Of a stretch of 64,000 bases of DNA, positions 14,065 to 27,648 are shown in pieces. The notes under the pieces are model-generated. The model worked only from the letters and a program-made list of their open reading frames with translations, was not told the DNA's origin and searched no databases. Source of the stretch: Rhizodiscina lignyota (taxonomy: Eukaryota); contig ML978132.1 of the NCBI GenBank assembly GCA_010015805.1, forward strand, positions 248,001 through 312,000. Direction: 5' to 3'. How positions within the stretch are numbered: the stretch's first letter is position 1; every line of letters starts with the position of its first letter. A program made the position numbers and the translations under genes.

Positions 14065-17000
14065 GTCAAAGAATGTTTAGTGAACACGACAAGAGACGGT
14101 CGTAAAGTAACTGACTTAGCCAAAACCCAAAAGAGGAAGTGGAATCAGAGACATGAAAGGCTTCTTCAATAGCGAGATTATGCGGCCTGCCCACCAAGGC
14201 ACTACAACAAGAGAATGCAAGCCAGTCTGACTAACCAGGGAAGCCAATTGTGGCGATTACCAAAGCGAACAAGATTTGGCACACCCGAGGTTCAGCCTGG
14301 TATAGCCTGTGTTGGCACTCCCTAACAGGGGGTGGATAAACAGCCCTACGACTGCCACGCAAAGTCGACATGCGCCTCAGGCCCGTCACGATTCGCGCAG
14401 CGCCTATGGGAACGGAAACTTACTCCGCTCGATACTAAATTGGTCAGACGCGCCGGAAGACGGGTGTTGGTGGTTTCGGTGCTGCTTGGAGTTGAGAGTG
14501 GAAGGCGAGAGCGAAAAAGGTCTCAGCAGCAGCTAAAACGGCGCCTTAGTCATTCGATCACGTGGTTTATTTGAATTCCCGGGGTGCTGTGTGCTGTTTC
14601 CAGGGGCTTTCGGCGTTCTAACCCCCATTCGGCCGAGATCCATGACTAAGGGCTGATGTCAGCTGCTTAAAGCTTGTCGCGATTAAAGCCTACCAAGCAA
14701 GCTTCCGTCCTCCCACCGGCTTGACCGGCGCTCTGTTCAGGCATTACATGATGAACCGCAATACATTTCCCGTTGGCTTGCGTAATCACCGACCTGACGT
14801 CGCCGTCGTCCATCCCTGGGGCCCGAAGATCGCAGCGTTGGCTTCTCCGCGCGTCGTTTCTATCTCTGTGACAGCGTGATAAGCATGCCGTGCATCTACT
14901 GAATCTCGGGGATCTGGTGGCCACATTGGATTGAGCACCGACGTCAACCGATTCCTTCGCTTCATGAGGAACGTTCCGAGCGTCGAAAATGGGAACTCTA
15001 TCCAAGAGCTAGTCGAAAGCTCTCGGCTCTTCATCGGCCAATGACTCGCCATCACAACACAATCTTCTGAGGAGGCTCAAACAAGCACCGGTGACGTGGA
15101 TTTTAAGGTCATGCTTGTCAAGTTTGATGCACCTCATGCGTCGTCGAACCAACGAGCCAGCAACGAGCACTAGCTCCGTGCGAGCGAACGCATGGGATAA
15201 GCCCGGGAAAGTGTTCACTCGTACGAAACTGGCGGCTTCGTACGTTAGCAGCTGAGGCGACTTCAACATTGCGGTCCGATTCGATATGGTAAAGGACGGC
15301 AATCTACGGACCTCGGCCCCGAGAGATACCGAGTCGATTGTACGAGCCGGAATAATAAAACTCGCAATATCGGCTTCCATCAAATCGCCCATGCCGAGCA
15401 GAGACGCGTCGATCACAACCGGTGAGCAAGAGATACCTCAGCGCAATCAATTACAGCCACAATTGGATGCTACCGCATCTGAACTTGATGAAGAGTAACA
15501 TCTGGGGGGGCGCATTGAGAGGTCTACTATCTCAATACACTCGGACCCTTTTTGCTTATGTGTTACTGCTTCACATTTAGCGCTGGCGATACTCATAGCC
15601 ACCATCGACGACGCCGCTCAAGGGAAGAGCTCTATTTTCCCCTACCAGCATCTCTACCGAGCTGAGCGTGAATCATTCACCGCACGTGCTGGATATCATA
15701 GGACGGCGACCTCGGGAACCATCAGCTTGATTCAGGTGTCCGAGTGGATTGATGATGTCGAAGAATTCAATCCTGGAAATCTGCCTCCTAACCGAGGCGG
15801 TGTAAATGGCTCGAAAGAGATCCTATGGGACTCTATGGCCTGAATCTGTCTCGGTGAGGTCCTGATTAGCCCAAGGCCGCTTGAATTTTGATGAGATACA
15901 GTTCTAGTGTACATTGAGGTTCCCGTTCTAAACTCGTATACATTCGACCTCTCTAAGGCTCCGAAAAATCCCTTGGACGTGCAGGCAGCCAAGCGTGATT
16001 TCATCCCCATAATCATTCTACCTATCAACTTATCATTGGGCTCAAATGGCTAGCCATCACTGCCTCTATGGAGACCCAGGAACCGTTCGACCTGGCTGCC
16101 GTATTCGTCTACTCCCATGGCTGGAGCATGATCCTCTCTACTCGACGGTCTAGGCGCTAAAGGGCTTCGCCTCATACTATTTCCCGCTCTAGCCAACCTG
16201 ATCGTGCCACTTGTGGACCGAAAGCGCTGATAGGAGTCGCGGTAGAGCGTACTTGGAAAAGGAGACCACACAACGGAGTAGCTGCGATCATGCGATGTAT
16301 GGCGAAAGCGAAAGCGATGTATGGAAAAGGCGAAAGCGATATCTTGCATGGCTCAACCGACACGTGCACAATGGGCCTCACAGACGCCTTTGCCTAAGAA
16401 GACTACTTTCGAAAGAGACCACTTCCCAACGGGATTGCTCTTTCAACGCCCTTTTCCCTAGCCTTTAGTTCATGCACGAACGGCATTTCGTCAGGAAGCA
16501 CCGTGGCGCAGGGAGACAGAAGACACTTGCAGTATTGAAACAAGATCCTCTCACTACAAAGAAACAATTCAATTTCCGCATCCTCAAAATGTTTCTATTA
16601 GGTAGTCTGTACCCCTAGGGGAAAGTCAATGTTTGCCAAGCCAGCTTATGCAATCAATTTTGCACTACCAGGGCTACCACAGCTACGGAGTACTTATCAT
16701 TTCAGAATTCCCTATATATCCTGATCCTCAACTCTACATACAGTCTTTAATGACCCATTTCAGTAATAACGCCGATGTATATCTGTTCACCAATCGGGTG
16801 CTGCCAGCCGAGCCGCATGCCGCCTTCTCGGGAAGCTCTCGACCCTGTAGATGCGGCCGCCCAGAACCAGGATTGCCCTCCTTAAGTTAGACATCCAACA
16901 AAGCGGGTCCGGGGAAATCCAAATTTCTGTTTCAAATGCCAACGTAGATGTGCCACGGGCACTAAGAGTGCTGACATCAGAATTTATTCATCACGGCCGA

Positions 17001-17301
17001 GATGGCTAGGCTGCTGATGGAAATTCGGCCGAAACTTCCACGGGCTTCCCTTCTAATATATGTCTGAGCGACTCCCCCGAAGAGAATCAAGCAGCGAACA
17101 GCACCGCAAGGATGATACTCATACCGGAAATCTCAGCTATGAAGAGCGAAAGGAGCGTAAGATGCGTAGCTGAACGTATTATATTTGAGACAGGAGAGAA
17201 TGTATACCGATTAGTTAAGAATCATACATAGTCGCTATTCATTCTCTGTCAAATTCTCTTTCCCCCTCAGTATTCGCCAAGCCATTGTTCATACCACCAA
17301 A

Positions 17302-18195
17302 ATGGTGGAGTCAATCCTGGAGCGCACCCTCTATGCTGTAACATCAACTCCACAGCCCCCTCGCACCAAGCCTATGCGCGTCCTCTGCGTCGGTATATCT
17401 CGATCTGCAACCGAATCTCTCCGCGAGGCGCTCATCCAACTCGGATATCGTCCGTACCACGGCTGGGAATTGTTCGAGCCAGGCCATGCAGGCGACTTTC
17501 GCATCATGTCGAATCTAGTGCGGCGGAAGTATCGCGACGGACCGCACGACGGGAACGTGAAGTTTACAGCCGACGACTTTGACAAGCTGTATGCAAGCTA
17601 CGATGCGATCAGCGATGTCCCAGGATACGTGATTGCGAGAGAAGTCATAATGGCGTATCCGGAAGCAAAAGTCATTATGAATCGGCGACGCGATCTGGAC
17701 GCGTGGCACAAGTCAATGTATGCGGTTTTCGGAGCGGCGGAAGACAGCTGGCTCTTGTGGATTGGGAGTTGGTTCGTTGCAGAGTTGTACTGGACGCTGC
17801 AGCTATGCACGGGCGAGATAAACAAGTTTTTCTTCAGAGGAAGCTTTAGGTATAACGGAAAATGGGTGAACGAGGAACATACGGCTATGGTGAAGGGACT
17901 CGTACCGGAGGAGCGTTTACTGGAATGGGATGCCAAGGACGGGTGGGAGCCATTGTGCAAATTCCTAGACAAGCAAGTTCCAGACACCAAGTTCCCCCAC
18001 GGCAATATGGGAACAGCCTTCATGAACAGACTGCATGAGGTTCAGAAGGATCAATATCGGCGAGCACTGAAGAACATGGGTATTACAGCTATAGCGCTAG
18101 CGTTGGTTGGGTTCGGAATGTATCGTCTAGTGTGGCCAAGAGTTCCTTCTTTGAGTGCGTTTCGAACCGCATTTGCTATTCTGAGAGGACGTTAG
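17302..18195 (+). CDS. Sulfotransferase-like P-loop protein (Sulfotransfer_4-type; often mislabelled NAD-dependent epimerase) with C-terminal TM helix
   Basis: MRVLCVGISRSATESLREAL..LGY..YHG, AYPEAKVI, VPEERLLEW..KDGWEPLCKFL...VP...FP.GN. Intronless, 297 aa. Confidence 0.85.
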   Translation: MVESILERTLYAVTSTPQPPRTKPMRVLCVGISRSATESLREALIQLGYRPYHGWELFEPGHAGDFRIMSNLVRRKYRDGPHDGNVKFTADDFDKLYASYDAISDVPGYVIAREVIMAYPEAKVIMNRRRDLDAWHKSMYAVFGAAEDSWLLWIGSWFVAELYWTLQLCTGEINKFFFRGSFRYNGKWVNEEHTAMVKGLVPEERLLEWDAKDGWEPLCKFLDKQVPDTKFPHGNMGTAFMNRLHEVQKDQYRRALKNMGITAIALALVGFGMYRLVWPRVPSLSAFRTAFAILRGR

Positions 18196-18259
18196 CTTCT
18201 TATTTGTAAATTGATACTAAGAACATAGCGTGGTAGAACCGTGTACCAGTCGTTTACGT

Positions 18260-19685
18260 CTATTGTGAAGCACCGTCATCGCCGAACGGATAATTGAACT
18301 TGAGCAATCCATTGAGCCCTCCCACCCAATGATCCTCGTTTTCGCCGAGACCACTTCTGCTTCCGCGGACAATACTGGGAACTCCGCCCCTCCATGTCTT
18401 TTCATGCTTTTCAAGCCCATGCGTCTCTCGCTCTAGCTCTTCTCCCCAAACGCGGACCTCCATGCCAAGGCGCAAACCCTTACTCATCCTCACCCCATCA
18501 ACTGAAATCTCCACCTCTTCACTTCTATTTTTCTCGCTTAAGCGCAACGTTATAGGCGTGTTGGCAGGAAGCACCAATGGTCGGAATGACAAGCTTCTCG
18601 GACAAACGGGCGTAAGCAGTAAGCTCGGCACGAGAGGGTGCACGATGCTACCGCCAGAGGAAAGAGAATATGCAGTCGATCCTGTCGGTGTCGAAACAAT
18701 CATGCCATCCGCCACCGCTTCGGTCAAGAACCTGCCACCGATGAAGACTTCGATGATGGCCAGATGTGGATGGATGCCACGGTGCAATATCACCTCATTC
18801 ATGGCGTACACATCGCCCCCGGCGGTCTCAGTCTCGGGTTCAGTTACCCGTTGTCCATCAGCGCCAAATATTCCAACCTTCAGTCGATTGCGCAGTAAAA
18901 CCCTGGCGCCGCGTCCTGGTCCCATAGACTTGCCTCGAATAGACGACCAGCCAGACAGGAGGTTATGTTCACTCTGAGCGGCGGCCGCTCCGCTGTGGGT
19001 TTCATTTCCATGATGATGCTCGTCCTCCAGTAATGCACTGCCGTAACCCGCGTTCGCCCCACTCATATACACCTCCCTGAATGCTCGTTTATACTCTTTG
19101 AACTTCCATTCTCCGAGAAAGCCCAACGTGCCCATGCTGAAAGATAAGACGGGAGGCACATGATCCGTTGTTGCAAATAGTGAGCTTGCGCGCAGTATGG
19201 TGCCATCTCCTCCCAGTGTGCAGATCAAGTCAACCTTATCTTGGAAGCCGGGGTCGTTCTCAGTGTCTCGGTTCTCGAAGGCTGTATAAATAGGGAATGG
19301 CAAAGAACATTGTATCTCGTGCGCCGTCGCAGGACGAAAGATGAGATTCGTCGAAGGATATGTAGAATGTATGTGCTGCGCATATTCAATCACTAAAGTC
19401 GTAATTGATGGAGCGGAGGGCTTCTTCGTAATAAGAATATTGCGAGGCGGAGACGGCCAGTGGAGAGTGAGGAGATCATTGTTTCTTGCCTCTGGACACC
19501 GTTAGTATTTCTCCGCATCTTAAATTGCTATTGCAATACTTAATAGGAGTCGCAGGGGGAGATGTACCTTGGTACTTGGGATGAATACGGTCTGGAAGCT
19601 CCGCAATGTCGCGAATCTCCCTCCGCACAGCGGAATGGGAGAAGCATCTTCGCGAGATCAGTCGCACGGAAACGCGTGATATCAT
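18260..19685 (-). CDS. POS5: Mitochondrial NADH kinase
   Basis: Arg-rich N-terminal presequence MISRVSVRLISRRCFS; NAD kinase motifs LGGDGTIL, FSMGTLGFL, NE and DGMIVSTPTGSTAYSLSSGG. One intron near 19497-19568. Confidence 0.92.
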
Positions 19686-20121
19686 CTGGCCATGACTGAG
19701 GGGAGAGTTGAATGCTCCATCAACTCTGAAGTCTTAGGAATAGAGATGGACGGTTGTCATCGGCATCTCGGTCATCGATCCAGCGGCTTGGATGAGGTCA
19801 TGCCGAATCGGGCACAGTGCATGTGGAGCTCGCTGTGCGCAACACGTCCGTCACATGTCTGCCTTATCCCACCGCTGCATCGTGGAAGGGCCGGAAGCAA
19901 CTCCACCTGGCTCTGGACACTTGTTGTTCTGTATTCGAGTTTGATTTTGTAGCCATGGCACTGCTACGTGATCTTAGCTATCATTTCCTTTGACTCTGAG
20001 ACGCTATCCTTCCTTCTGTCTGGCTGACTTTCACCTTCCCTCGATACTGCAGCCGAGCAGGCTGTCACGCGATACGCTTCCTATATCAAATACTCATCTC
20101 GCGATTGTTCTAATACACAAT

Positions 20122-21527
20122 ATGGCATCTGAAGGAGTGAGGCAGCGGGCACACAAACCGAATGGACAGGGGACGAAGGTCATGGACGAAAAGTGTGAGC
20201 GAGACGACGAGCCACATCCTGGTGGGGCCATCAAGCATGGAGCGTGGGAGCAGGCACTTCGAATAGCTTTGTTCGGTCTGTACTACGTCGGGAGCTGTGT
20301 CAGGTATGTTGGTTGTTGGGCTGTGACTGTGTATTTGATACTGACTTCAGATAGCATACACCTGTCTCAGATACTCGGATCGTGGCTGTATTTCTACGAC
20401 CAGGAATGGTACTATGCTTTCATGGCCTTGACGAAGCAACATTTTGGCATTCTCGTCGTAACGATGCAACAGTGGTGGTCTCCGATCAAGATGCGCGTAA
20501 GCTGGGACAAGAGTGTACGGGGACAGATCCGGCAAACAGAAGACGGGAGGCTCGAGACGGATTTCCCGGAGAGGATGGTTTTGATCGCAAATCACCAGGT
20601 GTGTGGTATATGTGTCCTGCATTTTACGAAGAAGCAGAGGCTAACAGGAAGGTAATCCAGATTTACAGTGACTGGCTTTATCTCTGGTGGATAGCCTACA
20701 CTGCACGCCTCCACGGCCACCTCTACATAATCCTCAAAGAGTCACTCAAATGGATACCGCTTATTGGTCCTGCGATGCAATTCTACTCCTTCATATTCCT
20801 GTCTCGCAAGTGGGAGACAGACAAACCACGCATCGCACACCGACTGCAGAAGCTGAATATGACACACCCAGGGCCGGGCGGAAAGAGGCATCTCAGCCCC
20901 ATGTGGCTACTCATATTCCCGGAAGGTACAAACGCCAGTGAGAATGGGAGGAAGAAGAGCAAGTCTTGGGCGGACAAGACTGGTATTGAAGATGCCCGAC
21001 ACGTCCTGCTGCCGCGAAGCACTGGACTACAGTTCTGTCTAGAGGAGCTCCACGAGACTGTCGATTATATCTACGATTGTACCATGGCATACGAAGGCGT
21101 TGGTCGCAGCGAGTATGCGCAAGACATCTACACCCTTTATGGCCTCTACTTCCAAGGTCGTCGTCCCAAATCTGTAAATCTCCACTGGCGCCGCTTTCTG
21201 ATCTCGGAAGTTCCATTCAACGACACTGAAAAGTTTAATGCTTGGATACTGGAGCGTTGGCGCGAGAAGGACGAAATGATTGAGCAATACCTCAATACTG
21301 GTCGGTTTCCGGCCGACAATTACGAAGACGAGCCTAAGATGAACGGACACGCTCCAGGCAAGGAGACGACCTCCAAGAAGCAAGGCCGCTTCATCGAAAC
21401 CGAGGTGAAACCCGTCAATCGCATCGAATTCTTACAAATGTTCGTTCCGTGGTTGGCGGTCGCGTTGGCATTTAATGTTTTGTTCAAGCTTTGGCGGATG
21501 CTCAAGGTGCTTATGTTCTGGCGTTGA
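20122..21527 (+). CDS. Lysophospholipid acyltransferase (Cst26/Psi1/LCLAT1-like)
   Basis: NHQIYSDW (NHx4D) after splicing, ILKESLKWIP, FIFLSRKW, LIFPEGT and HVLLPRSTGL. Two introns. Confidence 0.9.
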
Positions 21528-22408
21528 ACGGATATTGCTCTCCTTGATGAGACCTCCCTTTTGGGTGAGGTCATGATACGTTTGAGCGGCTTTGGCGTTT
21601 GCATTCCAAAGATGGATACCTCACAGAGACGACTATATCATTTTAGATGGCAGTCAACGATTATGCATATATTATATATGAAATACGAGCTACTGGAACG
21701 AACACTTCCAATGAAGTATGCAAGAAGCTTGAACTCTACAATAAATTACATGTTAGTCACTAGCAGCGAGGACTAAGTTCATGAATGTGGAGCCTCCAGG
21801 TGAAATGGAGGTAGCTTCCCCAGATTCCACGCTCATAACAGGAGAATAGTTCGACCATAACAGGAGTCCAGTCGCAACTGACGGACTTGTGCGCTTAGAA
21901 GTTCAATCTCTCATATCACAGGCTCGGTATTTGTGGTTCCGTTGCTACCTGAGCGCCGACTCGACACTATAACCAGTGCCCCACGGGGTTCATTCCACGA
22001 CTCAGGAGTCAACCCTGACGAATCTCAGGGTCTTGATTTCGTCCAACGTCAACACCATCCCACTCCCCCGCATCGGTGCAACCAACGACACGCCCGCCAG
22101 GCGGCCAAGTTCCGTATTTTCACGATGGCACGCGGGAGGATACTGGAAACATTCTGCCAATGCGTAGGCGGCTCCGGACGGTTCGTCGGGGTCGGATGAG
22201 GGGTCTCGTTTATTATCTTCGCCATCTCATAAATTTTTACATCATAGGCGATCGCATGCGCTGCAAATCTTTAATTATTTCGAACACCTTAACCATCTCA
22301 AAGAGGAGATTTTTCTTCACCCATGTTTGAATATCCGGTAGTCTATTTTGACCAGAGACTTGACGCTACAAGGCTTCAAGGAACAGAGAAAGAGCCTGGG
22401 TCAGCATC

Positions 22409-23738
22409 ATGCGAGCTGCGAGATACTACGGAATCGAAGATGTCAGGGTTGAAGAGGTTCCTGAACCTGAGTGTGGAAGAGGACAGGTCAAGGTCAGATA
22501 ATTCGGTCTTTGTTCTGCATATTTTTTCCTCCTAGTCCTATTATGCGGTGTCCTTGTGCTTCCGTCGGATACCGTTATAGGCATCTCAGGTATCAAGGCG
22601 CAGTTTCCCCAAATCCGCGACATATACTAAAGTTTATTATTCGCTCAGATTGCTCCGGCCTTCGTCGGAATCTGCGGCACTGACCTCCATGAATACATCG
22701 GTGGCCCAACCTTCGCGCCCACCAAACCGCACCCACTAACCAACGAAAGCATCCCCATAATCATCGGCCACGAGTTTTCCGGAGTTGTCACAGCTGTCGG
22801 GTCCGACGTAAATGACCTCTCTGTCGGACAGAATGTGGTCGTGTGCCCTACTATTTCATGTGGTAGCTGTCCCGCATGTAAGAACGGCATCGATAATGCC
22901 TGTCCCAAGCAAGGTTTCATCGGTTTAAGTGGAGGAGGTGGTGGGCTGAGTGAGGCATTGGTCGCCCCGCGATCCAAGGTTCTTCCCTTACCGGACAATG
23001 TGCCGCTCGATATTGGTGCATTAGTCGAGCCTCTGGCAGTAGCATGGCATGCCGTTTCCGCAGCGGGAGATAAAGTAGGGCCTGAAACAACTGCTCTCGT
23101 GCTTGGAGGAGGCCCCATCGGTCTCGCAGTGGTACAGTGTCTTAAGGCGAAGAACGTCAAGAGTGTCATTGTTTCGGAGGTTGCGGCACGGCGACAGCAA
23201 TTTGCGAAAGACATGGGTGCAGACTATGTTCTGAATCCGACAGAGATAGACGTTGTCACGAAGAGCGCGGAAATCAGTGGCGTTGATGGACCAGATTTCG
23301 TGTTTGATGCTGCTGGCGTGCCCGCGAGGCGAGTGCTTAATCCACGATGAAGGTATGAACGAGTTACTGACGATTCCACTATCAGTCTAAAGACAGCATG
23401 TACAGCTGTGAGAACTCGCGGGACTGTTGTGAACATCGCAATTTGGGAGAAGGAAACCCCGTTCCAGCCGAACATGATGGTCTTCCGGGAAGTTAACTAC
23501 AAGGGCGTCTTGGCCTACAACTTAAGCGATTTTGAAGCGGTCATTGAAAATATTAAGAAAGGTAAGCGCCTCACCTTATTACACATGTTTATGGGACTCA
23601 TTGTTCAAAGGCGCTATGAAACCCGAGCAAATGATCACGAGCAAGATCAAACTTGAGGATCTTGTTTCACAAGGCTACATGCCATTGATCAAAGAGAAAG
23701 ACAAACATGTCAAGATACTTGTCGACATCAAAGCCTGA
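22409..23738 (+). CDS. Zinc-dependent medium-chain dehydrogenase, (R,R)-butanediol dehydrogenase-like
   Basis: MRAARYYG, GICGTDLHEY, GHEFSG, CGSCPAC..G..NAC, GALVEPLAVAWHA, GGGPIG and KDKHVKILV. Three introns, one of them GC-AG. Confidence 0.9.
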
Positions 23739-24002
23739 ATGTGCTGAACGACTTCAGGCGGTGACAGTAGCGGTGTGAAACAATCTCTTTGAATATAGTG
23801 CATCGCGGAAGGGCTTGCTGATTTGTCTTTGGGCTTGAGGTATTGAAACATGTCGCAATCTTTAATTCCGATGGTAACTTACTTATACCAACATACAGCT
23901 GCTTAATTGATTTAGTATTTTTATAATATCTCACGTTTTCTCTAAAAGCATCAATCAGCCCTCGATTCCCTCACTTGCTCATCCATACACGCACCAAACA
24001 GC

Positions 24003-24950
24003 ATGCCCGCTGAGCTCGGAGACAAGGCACGCAAAGCTCTTGAAGGTTGTACAGTTCTCTGCGTCGCCAAGGTGTGGAATGCTAATGATAATAGCATCCC
24101 GCAAATGCGGTCCCCGATACCTTTTCCGAGCATATAACTCAGAGTGGGGGAGGCTTTGAAGGTCTCAATACTTCGGAAGCGGTCACGCCACCTGCTTTCC
24201 TCCAAACTGCGGACATTCCCGTATTTACGACATCCCTGTGCTTGCCAGCATGGTTAACAGAGACCTGACTAGCTAAAAGGAACCCATTGAACTTTCTTCC
24301 TGGGAAGCATCACTTTGGGCTGTGCCCACTTTTGCCTGGCACAAGTATCCTGGGAACCCGAAGTCTGCTTCAATTGTCATAGTCGATCGTTACGCCTACC
24401 AAATAGCGGCCTAAAGAGCGTCTCAATCTATTATATTCCTTCCTTACGCGAAGCCGGTCTGACTCGTCGTGATTATCCTCATGAGTACTTGGCTCGTGGG
24501 ATTATCAGAGGCGATGCTGGTAGATGCCGGTCTCCGGCCCTTCTCGGAGTTGGAGCACCGAATCGCGGATACCCGTCTCGCTCAAGGAGCTAAATCGGTT
24601 GCTGTTCTCTTCGACAGAGAATGGTCGGAATGCCGGAAACTACAAGGTCTTTATTCGGTTGAGAGAAACGATTTCACCGTGATGATGACTGCCGCACTCC
24701 TGAGTCAAAGGAATCGTTCCTGGAACCTTGAAGGCAAATCGACGAACAAGACCTGGAAATCATTCTCGACGCTCTACTGTGTCAGGAGCCAGTGGTTGAT
24801 ATACCTGTGGAGTTCAGGGACGAGCCTACCCTCGCGAACGATGTCGTGTCTTATAACCGGGAGGCTATGAATATAAGACTAGCGATCCACCTAATCAGGA
24901 GATTATTGGACGGGAGATATGGACCAAGATTACAGTCTCACTGGAACAAT
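24003..24950 (+). pseudogene. Pseudogene paralogue of the downstream ADP-ribosyltransferase-like gene
   Basis: Fragments PRYLFRAY, GLNTSEAVTPPAFL, GHSRIYDIPVLASMVNRDLTS*KEPIELSSWEASL, DYPHEYLARGII and DIPVEFRDEPTLAND are colinear with 25854-27006. Same phase-1 intron after LE; in-frame TAA at 24274 plus several frameshifts. Confidence 0.8.
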
Positions 24951-25853
24951 GTATTCCAGCTTGTTAATGGCTTTCGAAAGTCTCGTCTGATTTTGTTCAA
25001 TATCCAGTCTCGTAATTCCACTCCCTTATCTCGACTTTTGTTTGCATCTTTTTCCACAGCAAATCTCTATTGCATAGGTGTCAGTTCTTACTGCTGAAGA
25101 TGTATCGTCTCTGTGGCGTAACCTCCCTACGGCTACGATTATCTTTCTTTCAAAGCACGTGACTAATCTGCGTTTGGGATTGATGTTCGAACACTGCGAA
25201 CAGTGTGAGCTCAACGATACTTTCGGTTCCCTGTGGCTTTGGCTATAGCATATACATTTCAACTGTCGTTTTATACTTACTACACCAGTGAGCATGCACG
25301 TCAACTCACAGTGTCTGTCACTTCGGTTCACTTGCAGCAACAATGGCTTCGCGAACACAACACCGAAAACTTTTTCCAGGCACCAGCGCGCTTAGACTCT
25401 GCGAATTTTGTGCACATATCTAGCCTCTGTTGGATTTAATAATGACAACTAGAGCATGGAGTCTCTGAACGAGGACTTGTTGATGTTGTCGATGAGCTTT
25501 GGAGTGCCCGTACCCGATTTCCTCGATTCCATTCGATTAAGAGCCACGGCACTCAACACAGATCCGCGGAGCTTCATTATGATATCTTCCACGCAGACTC
25601 TGTTCGAACTAACACTGTCCTAACCTGAAACGCTATTGCTGCCTGTGATCCCAGCCGTGAAATTTCATATACCTTCATTTTCTTTCCTACGACTTTCCTC
25701 CTTCGTTTTACTTCCTCAGTGTCCCGATCTCATTCTCGACGAACCACACAGCAATAAGCACACTGGCCTGCAGAAAAACAATCACATCCATCAACGCAGC
25801 TTCTTACTTCCTCTTCATCGGTCGTGCATCAAACACAACCCGTCACTGCCACT

Positions 25854-27006
25854 ATGAGTTCCTCGATGATTGTCGCTATGAGCCCGACCCCTTCAAGGTA
25901 GCTACCCTTCCAACTTGCGGTAGAAGAAATCCTATAACTGTAGTCCTATAGCGCCAATACTGTACCGGTGGGTATGGCCGATCTGACAGCATTTGAGCGT
26001 GAGAAGCTAGAAGGTGAGCATCAAAACACCTTGACGCCTGGAACTACTAAATCAATTTAGATTCTCGAAGAAACGTCCCGCGGTACCTCTTCCGAGGATG
26101 GTCGTCCTGCTCTGGCGGAGGATGTCATAAGGAATGGAAAAGACCGCAAGTCCCTCGATCCCTGAACAGCAAGGATGCCGTCCGACCACACGCATTCCTA
26201 AAGGGCACCGGCCACGACACCGTTCACGACATCCCAAATCTCGGCCAAATGATCGAAGCCCACCTCACCGGCGTTCACTCCCCCCTAGCCGAGTTCTCCT
26301 CGTGGGCCGCGTCCCTAAGAACAGCAGTTGGCTTCGGTGCCAGAAGCCGTTGCAAACATAATGAACATGCCACCAAAAGCTTTTACATCGCCGTTCTGGA
26401 TACCGGCATGCTGCCGGAAAACGTGGCTGTCTACCACGTCCAAGAGCTTTGGCAGGCAGGGCTCGCAGGCGGACCCTACGACCACGAATACCTGGCGCAT
26501 GGGGTGATCGAGGGGGCTGGATACATGTGTGTGCAGTATGAGGGGCTGATGGGAGGACCAGCTAAGCCATACTTCGGTGGTGGTCTTAAGCAAATCGGGG
26601 ACCTGGCGACGTGGGAAGAGATTAGGGGCCTCAAATCTCTTGCCGTGAAGGCAGCCAGGAAGAATGCGTGGAGGCACGGGTACAAAGTCAGGGACGACAT
26701 CGCCGTGCTCCTCCTGGTCGCCTTCCTCAGTCTCCGTGGCAAGTGTGGCCCGGAGCTGGAGGAAGGCGATGAGGTTCATCCGTAAGTCACCCCATGATGC
26801 ACCCTTTAAAACCATGCTGATTCCCATCTAGAGATGACCTCAACAACATCAAGCACGCCCTGGCGGAGGAGCCGCACGTTATGGTGCCGATGGACTGGAC
26901 AGCGGAGCCGTCAATTATGACGGACTGTGTGTTTACGGAGCTGTTTCCAGACGTTCGGTGGATCGTGATGTGCCTGCGGGCGTTGACGAAGGACCAGTGG
27001 GGTTAG
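25854..27006 (+). CDS. Uncharacterised fungal protein with ADP-ribosyltransferase-like R-S-E motif order (possibly DUF7587-like), 4 exons
   Basis: Introns 25898-25951, 26014-26060 and 26781-26831 give one open frame containing VPRYLFRGW, EFSSWAASL and YDHEYLAHGVI, ending at TAG 27006. Confidence 0.75.
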
Positions 27007-27648
27007 AAGGGGGTAGTAGGGTGTGGCGTGGGTAGGAGGTGGTCAGGGGCGGTCGGGTGGTCGCTCAAGATACCATAGATAAGCTACAAGTACATTTCAA
27101 GGCCTATTCAAGGGCACAATCATTCCAACAATGTCGCTATCGTCGTATACACTCCAACGAACGTAGGCCTGAACTTTCACAGATAGTCTCACTTGACTTC
27201 AACAGCGAGAGCTGTTCGCACTTGGATGTTACAGCTTACCCGGCGAATTTGACTGTTTAGCATCTACGTATAATGTAGTGTACAACTTTTTCGACAGTAT
27301 TCCAATGATCGTTTACACGCCGCAGCATGTATAAGTAAACTTTCAGATATGGTCATGCTTGCCCTGAGTAATAGGAGTTGTTCGTCTCTAACCGTTACAG
27401 TTTACACGGCGCCTCTCGGTCTGTAACTTCTGTATCTAATATAGCTTACGTCCTTTTTAACAGTGTTGCAATGCTTGTTTGCACTCTAAAGATCGTAGAA
27501 CTAAACTTTTAGAGATCGTCTCGCTTACCTTTAATTAAAAGGGCTATTCCACCATCATCATACACCTTCAGCACATACACATCAGTCGCACCGCGAAGCA
27601 ACACAAGTCGTCGCCGAGTCAACTCAAGTCACTCGATCACCGACAGAG

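Noticed and set aside
25233..25439. YTSEH and TENFFQA peptides resembling the NADAR N-terminal TSEHYFQA motif
   Set aside because: The motif is split, has no supporting flanking similarity, and lies 3.3 kb from the relic with another gene in between; probably chance.
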